Assembly: GCA_963792585.1 (NCBI GenBank)
Contig: CAWBWI010000003.1
Span: forward strand, 608,001 to 672,000
From: Candidatus Eiseniibacteriota bacterium
GTDB lineage: Bacteria; Eisenbacteria; RBG-16-71-46; CAIMUX01; VGJL01
DNA length: 64,000 nt
Reading direction: 5' to 3'
Shown piece by piece: positions 29,557 through 41,809 of the stretch (position 1 is its first letter; each line of letters opens with the position of its first letter). The notes under the pieces were generated by a model that did not search any database, had not been told where the DNA came from, and saw nothing but the letters and a program-made list of their open reading frames with translations. The position numbers and the translations under genes are program-made.

Positions 29557-32500
29557 ATGAGCCGAGCCGCTTCGTTTATCTTCCTCGCATTTCTCATCCT
29601 CTCCCTACCCGCCCATGCGTATTCGCCAAATGGGCCCCGCTTGCAGACGACGCGCTCCGACCTCGGGGGTGTCTCATTCGAAGTCACGTTCGAAGACCTG
29701 GCTGTGGTCGATCTCATGGTCGATGGCCTGGTCTTCCATCGAATCGAGATTCCTGGCGGCGGCTCGGTCGGTACGGATGGCGAACCGGAGATCCCTGTGC
29801 TGGGTCAGATGATCGCGATCCCCGACGGGATGGGAATCCGAATTCACACCGAGGTGATCGAGGAGGAGGAGCGGGGGGGGATCCTGCTCGCGCCATTCCA
29901 CGAGGTAATCGAGCGGGAATTCGCACGCGACGCCGCTGCCTACGCTCGCGACGAGTTCCTGCCGGAGGAGTCCGCCCGCATCTCGCCGCCGGCGACGATT
30001 GCCGGGATCCGCATTGCATCCATCCTATTGCAGCCGGTCTCGTACAACCCTGCGCAACAACGTCTGAGGATCGCCCGCAAGATGATCCTGACTGTCGACT
30101 TCGTCCCGCAGGCGGGTGAGAAACCGGGGGCACAACTAAGCCGCCCGATTGCACGCTCCTTCGCATCGATGCTGCGGCCACTTATCCCGAACCTCGATAC
30201 CGTCCTCGGCAACCGCGCGGTCTCTGCGGGCACATGGGTGCTCATCGAGCCGGACGATGCTGCGGTGGAGTCCCGGCTCCAACCCCTCGTCGATTGGCGG
30301 ATCCGAATGGGCCTCCCGGTGCGGGTGGCAACGACCGCCGAAACCGGGACGACGAGCGCAAGTATCAAAGCCTGGCTCCAAAACGGATACGATACGTGGC
30401 CATCGCCCCCCGAGTACGTCGTCCTCGCGGGAGATGCGACGGCCCCCTACCAGATTCCAACGTGGTTCGAGAATCTATCGGGCTACGACGGCGAAGGGGA
30501 TTTCCCGTATGTCCAGCTAGACGGCCCCGACGCGCTGCCCGACGCGCACATCGGAAGACTCTCCTTCTCCACGCTGACCGAGCTGGAGGCGATCGTATCC
30601 AAGATCACGGGTTATGAGGCGTCGCCCTACATCACCGATCCGGATTGGTTCCGCCGCGCCTGCCTGATCGCGGATCCCGGGGCATCCTCCTTCGCCAGCG
30701 CCCATATCCTCCAGCATTGGGTGAGGGCCCGGCTGCTCGATTTGGGATATGCCGAAGTCGATACCGCGTTCGGGATGCCGCTGATTCCACTGATGCAGGA
30801 GCAGATGAACAGGGGGGACACGATCATCTGCTACCGAGGGACCTATCAGATGAGCGGATGGTCGAATAGCCTGACCTATGGTCTCACCAACGGCTGGCGC
30901 CTGCCCTTCCTCGTCGCCGTCACGTGCGAGACCGGCAGTTTCCATGCTGAGGGGGCCTCACTCATCGAGGGGTTCCTGCGCGCGAACGCAGGCGTCAACA
31001 ACCCACGGGGCGCGATCGGCGCGATCGGTTCCGCTACTCCCGGCACCCATACCCGTTACAACAACTGCCTCACCTACGGGATCTACCAAGGTTTGCTCTA
31101 TGAAGGTGACCGCACGCTCGGCGCAGCCTTCGCTCGGGGCAAGTTGGAGATGTACCGAAACTACCAGGCGACCGAGCCGGATCAGGTGATGATCTGGGCG
31201 CACTGGAACAACCTGATGGGAGACCCGGCGGTCGAGTGCTGGACCGGCTACCCCGAACCACTGTCGGTGGAGTATCCGTCGAGTCTGCCGGTGGGTGGCA
31301 ACGCAGTCGCTGTCCATATCACGCGAGCGGGCGTCCCCGAAGCGGCCGCGCGCGTCTGCCTGTGGGATGGGACCACGCAAGTGATCGGATTGGCCGATGA
31401 CAACGGCCGCGTTGAACTTTCCTACCACCCCGTTGCGGCGGGGAGCGCCACATTGACCGTCACTGCCCACGACCGACATCCCTTCCAGGCGACGATTCCG
31501 ATCGTCGATGAGGAGTCCTTCATCGCTCTCGAATCGAGCACCGTCGACGACGATGCCATTGACGAAAGCCAAGGCAATGGAGATCAGACCGCGAATCCAG
31601 GCGAGACGATCGAGCTGTCCGTTCGGCTCCGCAACTACGGCACAGCGCCGGAAACCGGGGTGACGGCGACCCTCACATCCGAGGATCCGTACGTGACGAT
31701 CTCGGATGCGGAGGAGTCGTTCGGCGACATCGAGCCGGGGGGTGCGGCCGTAAGCGGGGATGACTTCGGGTTCGTAGTCGCCTCCGGTTGTCCCGACGCC
31801 CGGGTCGTTCGTTTCGGTCTCGAGATCGACGCGGGTCAGCGATCATGGCATTCGTTGATCGACCTGCCCTTCGCCGCCCCCGCGTTCGCCGCTTCGGGCA
31901 CGAGCATCCAGGACCAAGGCGGCAACGGAATCTTGGACCCCGCCGAGTCGGGGTCGCTCGTAGTTCAGATTCGAAACCAGGGGACGATGGATGCCGCCGG
32001 GATCACGGGAACCCTCTTTTCCAAGAGCCCATGGGTCAGTGTGAGCGACAGTACCGGGGGCTTCGGCGCGATCCCCTCGGGCCAGACGGGCGGGAATCCC
32101 GCGGATCCATTCGCTCTCGCCGCGAGCCCGGACGCCTATCCCGGCCATCAGGCGCACCTCGAGCTTGTCATGAACTCCAACGGGGGAATGCTCGACACGA
32201 CCGACGTCGTTGTGCAGGTCGGGGTGCCGGCTACCCACGATCCCACCGGTCCGGATCGCTACGGGTACTACGCCCTCGACGACACGGATCTCGGATATTC
32301 CGACGCGCCTGTATATAGCTGGGTCGAACTCGACCCGGCATACGGGGGCACCGGAACGGCCATCTTCTACCACGATACCCACGAGGGCCTCGATGAATCC
32401 CACGTGATCGATCTTCCCTTCACATTCCAGTTCTACGGAGACGTGTTCAACAGGGTGACGATTTGCTCCAACGGGTGGATCGCATTGGGGGAAACCGATC

Positions 32501-34329
32501 TTGCGGACTATCGAAACTGGACGATTCCCGGCGCGGGCGCGCCTCCCAATCTGATTGCGGCTTTCTGGGATGACCTGTTGTTTGCGGGTGGCAGCAAGAT
32601 CCTACAGAAGTACGATGCGATCGGGCATCGCTGGATCGTCGAGTGGAGCCAGATGCGTAACGCATGGGGGAACGAACTCGAGGTCTTCGAGGTGATCCTC
32701 TATGACCCGGCCCACTATCCCACGTACACCGGAGACGGGTTGATCGATCTCCAGTACCAGACAGTCTTCAACACGGATGAAACGGACGGGTATGCTACCG
32801 TGGGAATCCAGAATGCGTACCATACGGACGGAGTCCTCTATACGGCGTTCAACATCAATTCGCCAGGCGCCGCGCCGCTCGTCAATGGCCGTGCGATCCG
32901 CTTCGCGCCGGTGACGGCGGATCTGCGCGGGCGGATCTCGGGCATCGTGACAAACGCGGAGGACGGCGGGACGCCCGAGGCGGATGTAGAGATCCGCGTC
33001 GAGGGGCGGGATGGTTTCACGCGCACGGACGCCACGGGCGCCTACGACCTGTACCTGCCGCCGGGCACCCATACATTGGAGGCCGGCAACACGCAATTCC
33101 AAACGGAGTCAGTTGGGGGCGTCGTGGTGGATCCGGCGCTGCCGATGGTGGTCGATTTCCAGCTAACGGATGTGCGAGGACCCGCAATTGAACAGACGAC
33201 GGACATCGTGCACACATACTCCCTGGGTCCCTACGCGATCAGCGCGGTGGTGAGCGACCCGAGCGACGTGGCGGCCGTCTCGCTCCACTATCGTGAGTCC
33301 CATGGGACATGGCACGAACTGAGTATGACGCCCGTTGGGGACGCGTATCAGGCGGCCATTTCGAGCGGCGCGCCGGGCGAGGAATACCAGTATTATGTAA
33401 GCGCGCAGGACGGCCTCGGCCACGTTTCGTTCTCACCATCGGGGGCGCCCGACTCGACCTACTCGTTCCTGGTGACGAGCCTCATGGTCTCCTACGCTTG
33501 CGAGGTTCCTGCCCTTCCAGACTGGACGATGGGTGTCCCGGGCGATGACGAGGATATGGGCCGATGGGTGCGGGAGGATCCCCAGGCGGTGCTCAGTCTC
33601 GGCATCATGATCAAGCCCGGCGATGACCACACCCCGCCTCCGGGGGTCAAGTGCTTCGTGACCGGGCACAACAACGCCCCCGTTTTCGGCGGCTGCACCA
33701 CCCTGCTCAGCCCCAACTTTGATCTGACCGGCGCGGGCGCCGCGTTCTTCGGTTACTGGCGGTGGTATGGGGAAGCCCAGTTTGCCCCTGAAGAGGAGTT
33801 CGTCGTGGATGCGAGCAGCGACGGGGGTGTCACCTGGGCCCCTGTCGAGCGCGTGCCCAACTACCAGGACTTCTGGCGCGGCTGCAGTTTCCGTCTCGAC
33901 CAGTTTCTTACGCTCACGAGTCAGATGCGCATTCGATTCGTGGCATGCGATCTCGGGGAGTTCGGCTATACCGCCGCGGCGATCGATGATTTCTGGATCG
34001 AGGTCGTTCCGACCCACCCGATGGGGGTCGCGAACGGCCCGCAGGCGATGAAGACGTCCCTCCTTCCAATCCGGCCCAACCCCTCGCGGATCGGTCCGAT
34101 GGTGATCCGTTTCGCACTTGCGGAACCGGGTCCGGCCAGCCTGGGGATCTATGACGCCGGGGGGCGCCTGGTTCGTAGGCTTCTAAGCGAGACACGCAGC
34201 GCGGGCGCGCACGCAGTCTCATGGGACGGAACCGATGCCGCCGGCAGCCCGGTCGGCAGTGGTGTCTACCTCTGCCGATTCGAGGCGAATGGAACCCGGA
34301 GGACGAGCAAGATCATCTGCGTCAAGTGA
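29557..34329 (+). CDS. C25 (gingipain-like) cysteine peptidase with propeptide, Ig-like/carboxypeptidase-regulatory domains and FlgD-Ig C-terminal domain
   Basis: Signal peptide MSRAASFIFL, GEPEIP propeptide, YVVLAGD, IGRLS, VTCETGSF, NLMGDP and WDGTD...SGVY motifs. Confidence 0.9.
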   Translation: MSRAASFIFLAFLILSLPAHAYSPNGPRLQTTRSDLGGVSFEVTFEDLAVVDLMVDGLVFHRIEIPGGGSVGTDGEPEIPVLGQMIAIPDGMGIRIHTEVIEEEERGGILLAPFHEVIEREFARDAAAYARDEFLPEESARISPPATIAGIRIASILLQPVSYNPAQQRLRIARKMILTVDFVPQAGEKPGAQLSRPIARSFASMLRPLIPNLDTVLGNRAVSAGTWVLIEPDDAAVESRLQPLVDWRIRMGLPVRVATTAETGTTSASIKAWLQNGYDTWPSPPEYVVLAGDATAPYQIPTWFENLSGYDGEGDFPYVQLDGPDALPDAHIGRLSFSTLTELEAIVSKITGYEASPYITDPDWFRRACLIADPGASSFASAHILQHWVRARLLDLGYAEVDTAFGMPLIPLMQEQMNRGDTIICYRGTYQMSGWSNSLTYGLTNGWRLPFLVAVTCETGSFHAEGASLIEGFLRANAGVNNPRGAIGAIGSATPGTHTRYNNCLTYGIYQGLLYEGDRTLGAAFARGKLEMYRNYQATEPDQVMIWAHWNNLMGDPAVECWTGYPEPLSVEYPSSLPVGGNAVAVHITRAGVPEAAARVCLWDGTTQVIGLADDNGRVELSYHPVAAGSATLTVTAHDRHPFQATIPIVDEESFIALESSTVDDDAIDESQGNGDQTANPGETIELSVRLRNYGTAPETGVTATLTSEDPYVTISDAEESFGDIEPGGAAVSGDDFGFVVASGCPDARVVRFGLEIDAGQRSWHSLIDLPFAAPAFAASGTSIQDQGGNGILDPAESGSLVVQIRNQGTMDAAGITGTLFSKSPWVSVSDSTGGFGAIPSGQTGGNPADPFALAASPDAYPGHQAHLELVMNSNGGMLDTTDVVVQVGVPATHDPTGPDRYGYYALDDTDLGYSDAPVYSWVELDPAYGGTGTAIFYHDTHEGLDESHVIDLPFTFQFYGDVFNRVTICSNGWIALGETDLADYRNWTIPGAGAPPNLIAAFWDDLLFAGGSKILQKYDAIGHRWIVEWSQMRNAWGNELEVFEVILYDPAHYPTYTGDGLIDLQYQTVFNTDETDGYATVGIQNAYHTDGVLYTAFNINSPGAAPLVNGRAIRFAPVTADLRGRISGIVTNAEDGGTPEADVEIRVEGRDGFTRTDATGAYDLYLPPGTHTLEAGNTQFQTESVGGVVVDPALPMVVDFQLTDVRGPAIEQTTDIVHTYSLGPYAISAVVSDPSDVAAVSLHYRESHGTWHELSMTPVGDAYQAAISSGAPGEEYQYYVSAQDGLGHVSFSPSGAPDSTYSFLVTSLMVSYACEVPALPDWTMGVPGDDEDMGRWVREDPQAVLSLGIMIKPGDDHTPPPGVKCFVTGHNNAPVFGGCTTLLSPNFDLTGAGAAFFGYWRWYGEAQFAPEEEFVVDASSDGGVTWAPVERVPNYQDFWRGCSFRLDQFLTLTSQMRIRFVACDLGEFGYTAAAIDDFWIEVVPTHPMGVANGPQAMKTSLLPIRPNPSRIGPMVIRFALAEPGPASLGIYDAGGRLVRRLLSETRSAGAHAVSWDGTDAAGSPVGSGVYLCRFEANGTRRTSKIICVK

Positions 34330-34365
34330 TCGGGAGACTTCCAGGTCCCGACCTCTGAATGCGAA

Positions 34366-34397
34366 GAGCCCCGGCCCCCTTGCGGGGGGCCGGGCTC
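34366..34397 (+). terminator. GC-rich terminator-like hairpin; intron insertion site
   Basis: GAGCCCCGGCCCCC-TTGC-GGGGGGCCGGGCTC. Confidence 0.7.
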
Positions 34398-34402
34398 CAC
34401 CT

Positions 34403-34543
34403 GTGCGCCCGGCATGGGCACAGACTTGGAGGTGAAAATCCTCCCCTGAGCAGGTCATAGCGAGGGAAGGGAAGCGCAACGGCGGGAGGGCGACCGACCG
34501 TCTGAAGGAAGTGTGGAACGAATCCACGGGCCGATAGGCAAGA
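34403..34543 (+). ncRNA. Group IIC intron 5' fragment (domain I), with no RT gene or 3' domains
   Basis: Begins GTGCGCCCGGCATGGG and contains GGTGAAAATCC and CTGAAGGAAG. Lies about 5 nt after a hairpin, the known class C target. Confidence 0.75.
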
Positions 34544-34545
34544 TA

Positions 34546-34961
34546 CCCGCGTCTTCTGCTGCGACAACCTCGCCTTCTCGGGGGAAGCGGCAACGAACCG
34601 CAAGCACACGGCAAACGTGTTCCGGGATCTCCCGGACTTGATCTATCGGATGCTCTCGCAGGTCAGCTCAATGCAGAGCCGGATCCACGCGGAGATCGCG
34701 GCGATGAAGGTTCGGGAGCTTTCGACCGAGACGGCCGACCACCTCATGGTGGAGGCGGTCCGAAGGAACGTCCTTCCGGCTTCGAACCTCCCCAGGGTGA
34801 TGGAGGCGTGGGAGAAGCCGGCGCATGAGACGTTCGCGCCTCGGACTGCCTGGTCGCTCTTCAATGCCTTCACCGAAACACAGAAATCCCGGAGCCCGCG
34901 GGTCCAAATGGACGCGGGACTCCGCTTGAGCAGCACCTTCCGGATCGCGCTCGCGCTCTGA
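34546..34961 (+). pseudogene. 3' half of a second DUF932 gene (repeat copy 3)
   Basis: Translation is nearly identical to the C-terminal half of 14911-15639 from FCCDNLAF onward. Followed by a hairpin at 34969-34995. Confidence 0.95.
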
Positions 34962-35068
34962 TCACGATGAGGCCATCCAGCTCCTGGGTGGCCTCCTTAT
35001 CTTTCGAGATAACTCGGACTCGCGCGACGATCTCTGGAGCGCCGTTACTGGCCCTGGGGAGGCCGCGA

Positions 35069-37554
35069 CGGGTGACTCCGTGCGTGCGGGGAACAGACTA
35101 ACTCAGGGCTGGCAAGTGTATACGCTAGCGGTTCATCCCCGCGCGTGCGGGGAACACTGCACAATGGTGCCGTCGGCCGGAGTATAGGCCGGTTCATCCC
35201 CGCGCGTGCGGGGAACACGAGGAGGCTGAGTCAATCTGGACGTCGCATCTGACGGTTCATCCCCGCGCGTGCGGGGAACACTGCGCAATGGTGCTCGTCG
35301 GCCGGAGCATAGGCCGGTTCATCCCCGCGCGTGCGGGGAACAGGTTGCGGCGCTGTTTATCGAAATCTTCTGGTTCGGTTCATCCCCGCGCGTGCGGGGA
35401 ACAGGTAGCTTGAACGATCACCTCTTCGCCTTCGCCCGGTTCATCCCCGCGCGTGCGGGGAACGGATTGCCGGCGCGCATGGCCCCGCGGGATCTGCAGG
35501 TTCATCCCCGCGCGTGCGGGGAACAGGCGCTATGAGCGCGTCCTGGAGACGATCCATACGGTTCATCCCCGCGCGTGCGGGGAACAGCGAGGCGGTCATG
35601 ACGGCAAACGCAGGGATCGCGGTTCATCCCCGCGCGTGCGGGGAACAGTTCACAAGGGCTAGACAATGGCTGTCGAATCAGCGGTTCATCCCCGCGCGTG
35701 CGGGGAACAGCATCAGAAACGTTGCGATCCCGACGAGGATCACGGTTCATCCCCGCGCGTGCGGGGAACAGGTCCCCAAGCGCCGGAACTTCGCCATGAT
35801 CGTCCGGTTCATCCCCGCGCGTGCGGGGAACAGAATGACCCCGTTGACCCGGAGCAAACGTACTTCGGTTCATCCCCGCGCGTGCGGGGAACAGGCGTGG
35901 CCTACCTGCCCGATGGACCCGAACATGCGGTTCATCCCCGCGCGTGCGGGGAACAGGCCCGCGATGCGTCGATTAGAGCATTGCAGGCCCGGTTCATCCC
36001 CGCGCGTGCGGGGAACAGATGCTGGTGGGTGACACGGAGAGTCCACCTGCCGGTTCATCCCCGCGCGTGCGGGGAACAGGGCTGATCGGCTGCGCTGCGT
36101 GCCCTCTGTGCCCGGTTCATCCCCGCGCGTGCGGGGAACAGCAGCTCCTCGAGCTGAAGCCACATGGCGGACGGCCGGTTCATCCCCGCGCGTGCGGGGA
36201 ACAGCTGCGCGTGCTCTCGAAGTTCTTCATCGCAGATCGGTTCATCCCCGCGCGTGCGGGGAACAGGACGCCGAGCTCGAAATCGCCGATCGTTGACATC
36301 GGTTCATCCCCGCGCGTGCGGGGAACAGTCGACGCTCGCAATGCAGCGATCGGCCGTTGACACGGTTCATCCCCGCGCGTGCGGGGAACAGCTCCGGGAT
36401 GCTCACGGGATACGGACGCTCGCCGGTTCATCCCCGCGCGTGCGGGGAACAGGGCGCGACGCCCTTCTCGGGAACCCCGTGTAGCGGTTCATCCCCGCGC
36501 GTGCGGGGAACACGGACACTGCGTTTCAGGAAGGGCATACCTTCCACGGTTCATCCCCGCGCGTGCGGGGAACAGCTGCGAAATCGAGACCAAGGGCAAC
36601 CTGATGCGGTTCATCCCCGCGCGTGCGGGGAACAGACCGTCGACCTCGATCCGGTACGTCGTCCGCCCGGTTCATCCCCGCGCGTGCGGGGAACAGCGCG
36701 AAGTCTCCCGCAACGGTCGTGTACGTGAGCGGTTCATCCCCGCGCGTGCGGGGAACAGATCCCCGTGTGCGCCGTCGTCGCCGACAAAGAGCGGTTCATC
36801 CCCGCGCGTGCGGGGAACAGCGCACGCATCCAGTGCCCTGGTTCGCTGGAACACGGTTCATCCCCGCGCGTGCGGGGAACAGTCCCGGCAGGCGTCGATC
36901 TGCTCGGCAACCGACGGTTCATCCCCGCGCGTGCGGGGAACAGGCCCAACGCCGTTAGCAGAAAGACTGCGAATACGGTTCATCCCCGCGCGTGCGGGGA
37001 ACAGTCGCTGCGCGTCCGCGCCGGTCAAGGTGCCATCCGGTTCATCCCCGCGCGTGCGGGGAACAGCATCTGGAGACGCGTTTCACTTTCTGTTCCTCCG
37101 GTTCATCCCCGCGCGTGCGGGGAACAGCCCCCCGTCGTCTCACGTCTGCAGGTGTGGTTCGGTTCATCCCCGCGCGTGCGGGGAACAGTCCTTCCTTTCT
37201 TGTCTCTGCCTGGGGATTCACGGTTCATCCCCGCGCGTGCGGGGAACAGGCCGTGCCCGTTGCGGGGGCCTCGATTTCAACCGGTTCATCCCCGCGCGTG
37301 CGGGGAACAGGCCCCGTCGAGAAGGGCAAGCGATCCCATCTTCGGTTCATCCCCGCGCGTGCGGGGAACAGAACTCATGGCCGCCCGCGCCGACCTCGTG
37401 CGGCGGTTCATCCCCGCGCGTGCGGGGAACAGGCGAGGGCGATTTGATCCTCCACCGGATAGCTCGGTTCATCCCCGCGCGTGCGGGGAACAGCCGTCGA
37501 TCTTCATCGTGAGGTAGTCGTTCTCCGGTTCATCCCCGCGCGTGCGGGGAACAG
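35069..37554 (-). CRISPR. Type I-E CRISPR array: 41 repeats (40 near-consensus plus 1 degenerate trailer) and 40 spacers of about 31-34 bp
   Basis: Repeat reads CGGTTCATCCCCGCGCGTGCGGGGAACA(G/C) on +, i.e. (C/G)TGTTCCCCGCACGCGCGGGGATGAACCG on -. Degenerate copy at 35069, leader end next to cas2. Counted by hand. Confidence 0.98.
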
Positions 37555-37613
37555 ACTTCTCTCCACCTGCTTATGTCACAATCAGTTATCGGCAATCAAA
37601 GATCCTACCGAGT

Positions 37614-38816
<1,203 letters not shown>

Positions 38817-38820
<4 letters not shown>

Positions 38821-39449
38821 GGTGCCGGCGCCAGTGAAAGGAGGCCCAGTCCCATGGCTTTGCCATGCCCGATGCCGCGTCTTAGGCTCTCCCGGAAAAG
38901 ATTGGAATCCGTTACCTGGAGCCGTCCGTCGAAAAGCGCGGAGAAGACCAGGATCTGAGTCCCTTCATGGGTGCGTCCGCGCAACATCTGCTCCTGAGAC
39001 AGACGGACTGCCATGATCCTGAATCCATGCCGTGCACCTTTCTGGTCGAGCCAAGTTTCCTGGTCCGGCAGCTTCAGGAGTCCCATGCGCTTGCCATCGC
39101 GGGTCACGCAAGGATTGGCCCGCAGGCGGAATCGAAAGCGCGTCTCGGGAGCGAGGGTCTGCAGGCCAAGTCGCTCATCAAGGTCGAGACCGGGGTCCGG
39201 AGATCCGACGAACCAGCCGCGCACACCCAGGCGCGACCAGTTGGGTTCCCGAAGACTCTGGACAAGGAGTCGAGGATGCCCAGAGGGATCGGTCTCGGGC
39301 TCCAGGCGCCAGAGGAAGGCCCCTTCGGGGCATTTCTGCTCAGGCAGAGAGAAGGCTCGGCAGAGGGTGGCATGCATTTGATAGGGATCACTCAGGTCGC
39401 GCCGTGCCTCCTTGCAGCGAGAATCAACGTGGAGCCTATGCAGGAGCAT
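38817..39449 (-). CDS. cas6e: Cas6e/Cse3
   Basis: YQMHATL, FRLRANP and GIGHGKAMGLGLLS G-loop. Confidence 0.95.
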
Positions 39450-40134
39450 GGTTGACCTTCCTTATTAGCTCCACCCATTCGGAACGTACGAAGCGCGCCC
39501 CAAAACGGCGTTCCGAAAATGACGATAGGGGCAGATCCATACGCATGGTCCCGCTCCCGTCCACGGATTCCCAGGAACACAGAAGCTGTTTCGGAGGATT
39601 CTCCTCTGGATATCGTCCACCGATCCAATGCCAGGTGGTCAGTGCCTCCGTCAGTTGGCGATCCAACAACCCATCTGGCAGCCAGAGGGATTCGGAGGGT
39701 ACATAGGACTTCCGGCCAAGGAACAGGGGCCAGACGGGATCGGAGAGCGCGGTATAGACCCTCATCAGAAGGTCCCGATCCGGCCCGTCGAGACCGACCA
39801 GGAAAGCGGCATCGGCAAGGTAGTGCCTCCGGGACACGACGCCGCCATCTTTGGCTTGGGATCCGTCCGCCTTGATGATGGAGTCTGTCGCGGCACAGCC
39901 CGCCGTCTGGTAGTCACACTTGAGGACGCCCGGACGGTCGTGGCGGACCCCCATGGCAAGGCGAGTCAGAGGCTCCAGATCCAGCCAGTTCTCGCGATCG
40001 ATTCCCAATGCGGCAGCCAGCAGCCCAATCACTCCCGACTTGCTGGGCTCTTTGCCTGTGTCTCGCTGATCGAAGCGGCTCGTGGTGCCCCAAGACTGTA
40101 AGGGACCCACTAAGCGAAGCAAGAGGGTGGACAT
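39436..40134 (-). CDS. cas5: Cas5e/CasD
   Basis: LLLRLVGPLQSWG, PSKSGVIGLLAAALG and LGRKS motifs. Confidence 0.95.
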   Translation of the reverse strand: MSTLLLRLVGPLQSWGTTSRFDQRDTGKEPSKSGVIGLLAAALGIDRENWLDLEPLTRLAMGVRHDRPGVLKCDYQTAGCAATDSIIKADGSQAKDGGVVSRRHYLADAAFLVGLDGPDRDLLMRVYTALSDPVWPLFLGRKSYVPSESLWLPDGLLDRQLTEALTTWHWIGGRYPEENPPKQLLCSWESVDGSGTMRMDLPLSSFSERRFGARFVRSEWVELIRKVNHAPA

Positions 40135-40136
40135 GG

Positions 40137-41294
40137 TTACTCCTTCACCGCCTGCAGGACCTTATCCAGAACTGCTTCCAGGGATGGCACACCAGTCCCG
40201 AATCCGGTGGTGTCGGCCTGCACCAGGTTCAAGACAAGAGTGGTCCCCTTCCCACCATAAGCGACTTCGAGCATCTTGGCCTTCTCCACCAGCTTGTTTA
40301 CGGAAGTCAACGTAAGAGAGTCGCTGTTCTTGGCGCGGATGGGCACCTCGAAGGCATTGGCGAGATTGCGCGGGGCCGTATTATGGCGGACCGAGACCGC
40401 CACAAACTCTGGGGGATTGTGGGCCGCGAAGGTGTTTTGCTTCCCCGTGGGCTCGGCCACTACGAAGCCCTCTAGAAAGGCGCGTAGACCCTTCGTGGCC
40501 AGCTCTGCATCCCCTTGGAGGTTCTCTACCAACTTCAACCAGTCCACAACGGCGTAGCGGTAGAAACAGGCGGAGTTGAACTCCACCGTGCCCATCATGT
40601 CCGCCCCGGCGGTGTCCTCGGGCTTGAGATCGTCCACGGCGGTGTAGAAGTCGAAATCGCGTTCGACGGAATGCGTCGAAATGGCGTGAGCCACCTGACA
40701 GGCTGCGTTCTGGTTTCTTTCGGGCATGTCGGCGAGCATGCGCCCGAAGAGCGCCACATCCAACGCCTTGCCACCGTTGAAGACCTTTTCGAGGGCCTTC
40801 TTCAATTCAGGATCCGCCTGCTTGGCCGCGTCCTTCTTGGCTTTGGTTGCCTTCTTGCTTTCTGACGGAGTTACGGGAGAAGCGATGGAATCCCATCTCT
40901 CGTCGATGATCCTCGAGATTTCTTGGATTTCCCGTCGCCCCAGGAACAAGAGGTACTCGCTCTTGCCGTCCTCCTTTATGGAAAGTTCAATGGCCGCCAA
41001 TGCCATGCGCACCTTGTCAATTGCCTCAGTCTCGGTGCGACCCTTCTCAACAAGGGACTTGGTCAGCGCATCCAGAATCCGCTTGGTGCGCGTGGCCAAA
41101 TCTTCAGAAGCCACCACACCCTGTTCGACCAGGGCGGCGAAGTGCTGCCGAACCGCCCGGTTGAGGCACTGACTGGAAATGCGCGCGCGGCGCGTGCCGC
41201 CGAAGAAAGCGTCCTTTGGAGCTCCGGTGTCGTCACGGTTTAGGTTCGACGGCGCAAAGTTCTGTAAGGCGTGGATCTCGATGAGCGTCTTCAT
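40137..41294 (-). CDS. cas7: Cas7/Cse4
   Basis: SNLNRDDTGAPK, RISSQ, DVALFGRM, QVAHAISTH and PTGKQNTFA motifs. Confidence 0.97.
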   Translation of the reverse strand: MKTLIEIHALQNFAPSNLNRDDTGAPKDAFFGGTRRARISSQCLNRAVRQHFAALVEQGVVASEDLATRTKRILDALTKSLVEKGRTETEAIDKVRMALAAIELSIKEDGKSEYLLFLGRREIQEISRIIDERWDSIASPVTPSESKKATKAKKDAAKQADPELKKALEKVFNGGKALDVALFGRMLADMPERNQNAACQVAHAISTHSVERDFDFYTAVDDLKPEDTAGADMMGTVEFNSACFYRYAVVDWLKLVENLQGDAELATKGLRAFLEGFVVAEPTGKQNTFAAHNPPEFVAVSVRHNTAPRNLANAFEVPIRAKNSDSLTLTSVNKLVEKAKMLEVAYGGKGTTLVLNLVQADTTGFGTGVPSLEAVLDKVLQAVKE

Positions 41295-41809
41295 CAAGTG
41301 ATCTCCTCGGTGGAGGCGGTTTGAGTTGCCGTTTCGCGACTCGTGTCGCGGTAGAAATCACGGGCCCAGGCATTCTGAGTGCGTTTCTGGTTGCCGTTCC
41401 AGTAGAGAAGTCCCGCCAGGAGGGCTTCAAAGTCGATGGGTTGGTCATTGAGCAGAGCGATCACTTGACGCAAGCGGTGTGGTAACTGATCTGGATCAGC
41501 ATCCAGCAGAGTGATGAAACGGCGTTCCGTGTTTGTGGATCCACTCGCCGCTTGATGCGCCGCGCACGCCTTTCCGATGGACATCAGCCCATCATTGCGA
41601 CTTTCACGCCAATGCGCGGCCCAGAGCCCGGCCACGAGGTAATGCATCTCCCGGCGCCAGCGATTGTCATCATGCTTCACGAATGGCTCGACGTACGGAA
41701 AGGCTGAAGGATACGTCCCAGGATCGAAGGCGAGACTTCGTCGGAGCACTGCCCGGACCCTGGTGTCCTTTTCGTTTATACCTTCCAGCCATTCGATGAA
41801 CCCGCTCAT
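41294..41809 (-). CDS. cse2: Cas11/Cse2 (CasB)
   Basis: RAVLRRS, ERRFITLL and WARDFY motifs. Position in the operon. Confidence 0.92.
   Translation of the reverse strand: MSGFIEWLEGINEKDTRVRAVLRRSLAFDPGTYPSAFPYVEPFVKHDDNRWRREMHYLVAGLWAAHWRESRNDGLMSIGKACAAHQAASGSTNTERRFITLLDADPDQLPHRLRQVIALLNDQPIDFEALLAGLLYWNGNQKRTQNAWARDFYRDTSRETATQTASTEEIT

Noticed and set aside
35269..37517. Many ORFs containing RFIPARAGN / VHPRACGE repeats
   Set aside because: They are translations of CRISPR repeats, not genes.
35097..37525. Self-targeting spacers
   Set aside because: None spotted by eye, but this cannot be excluded without a BLASTN search.
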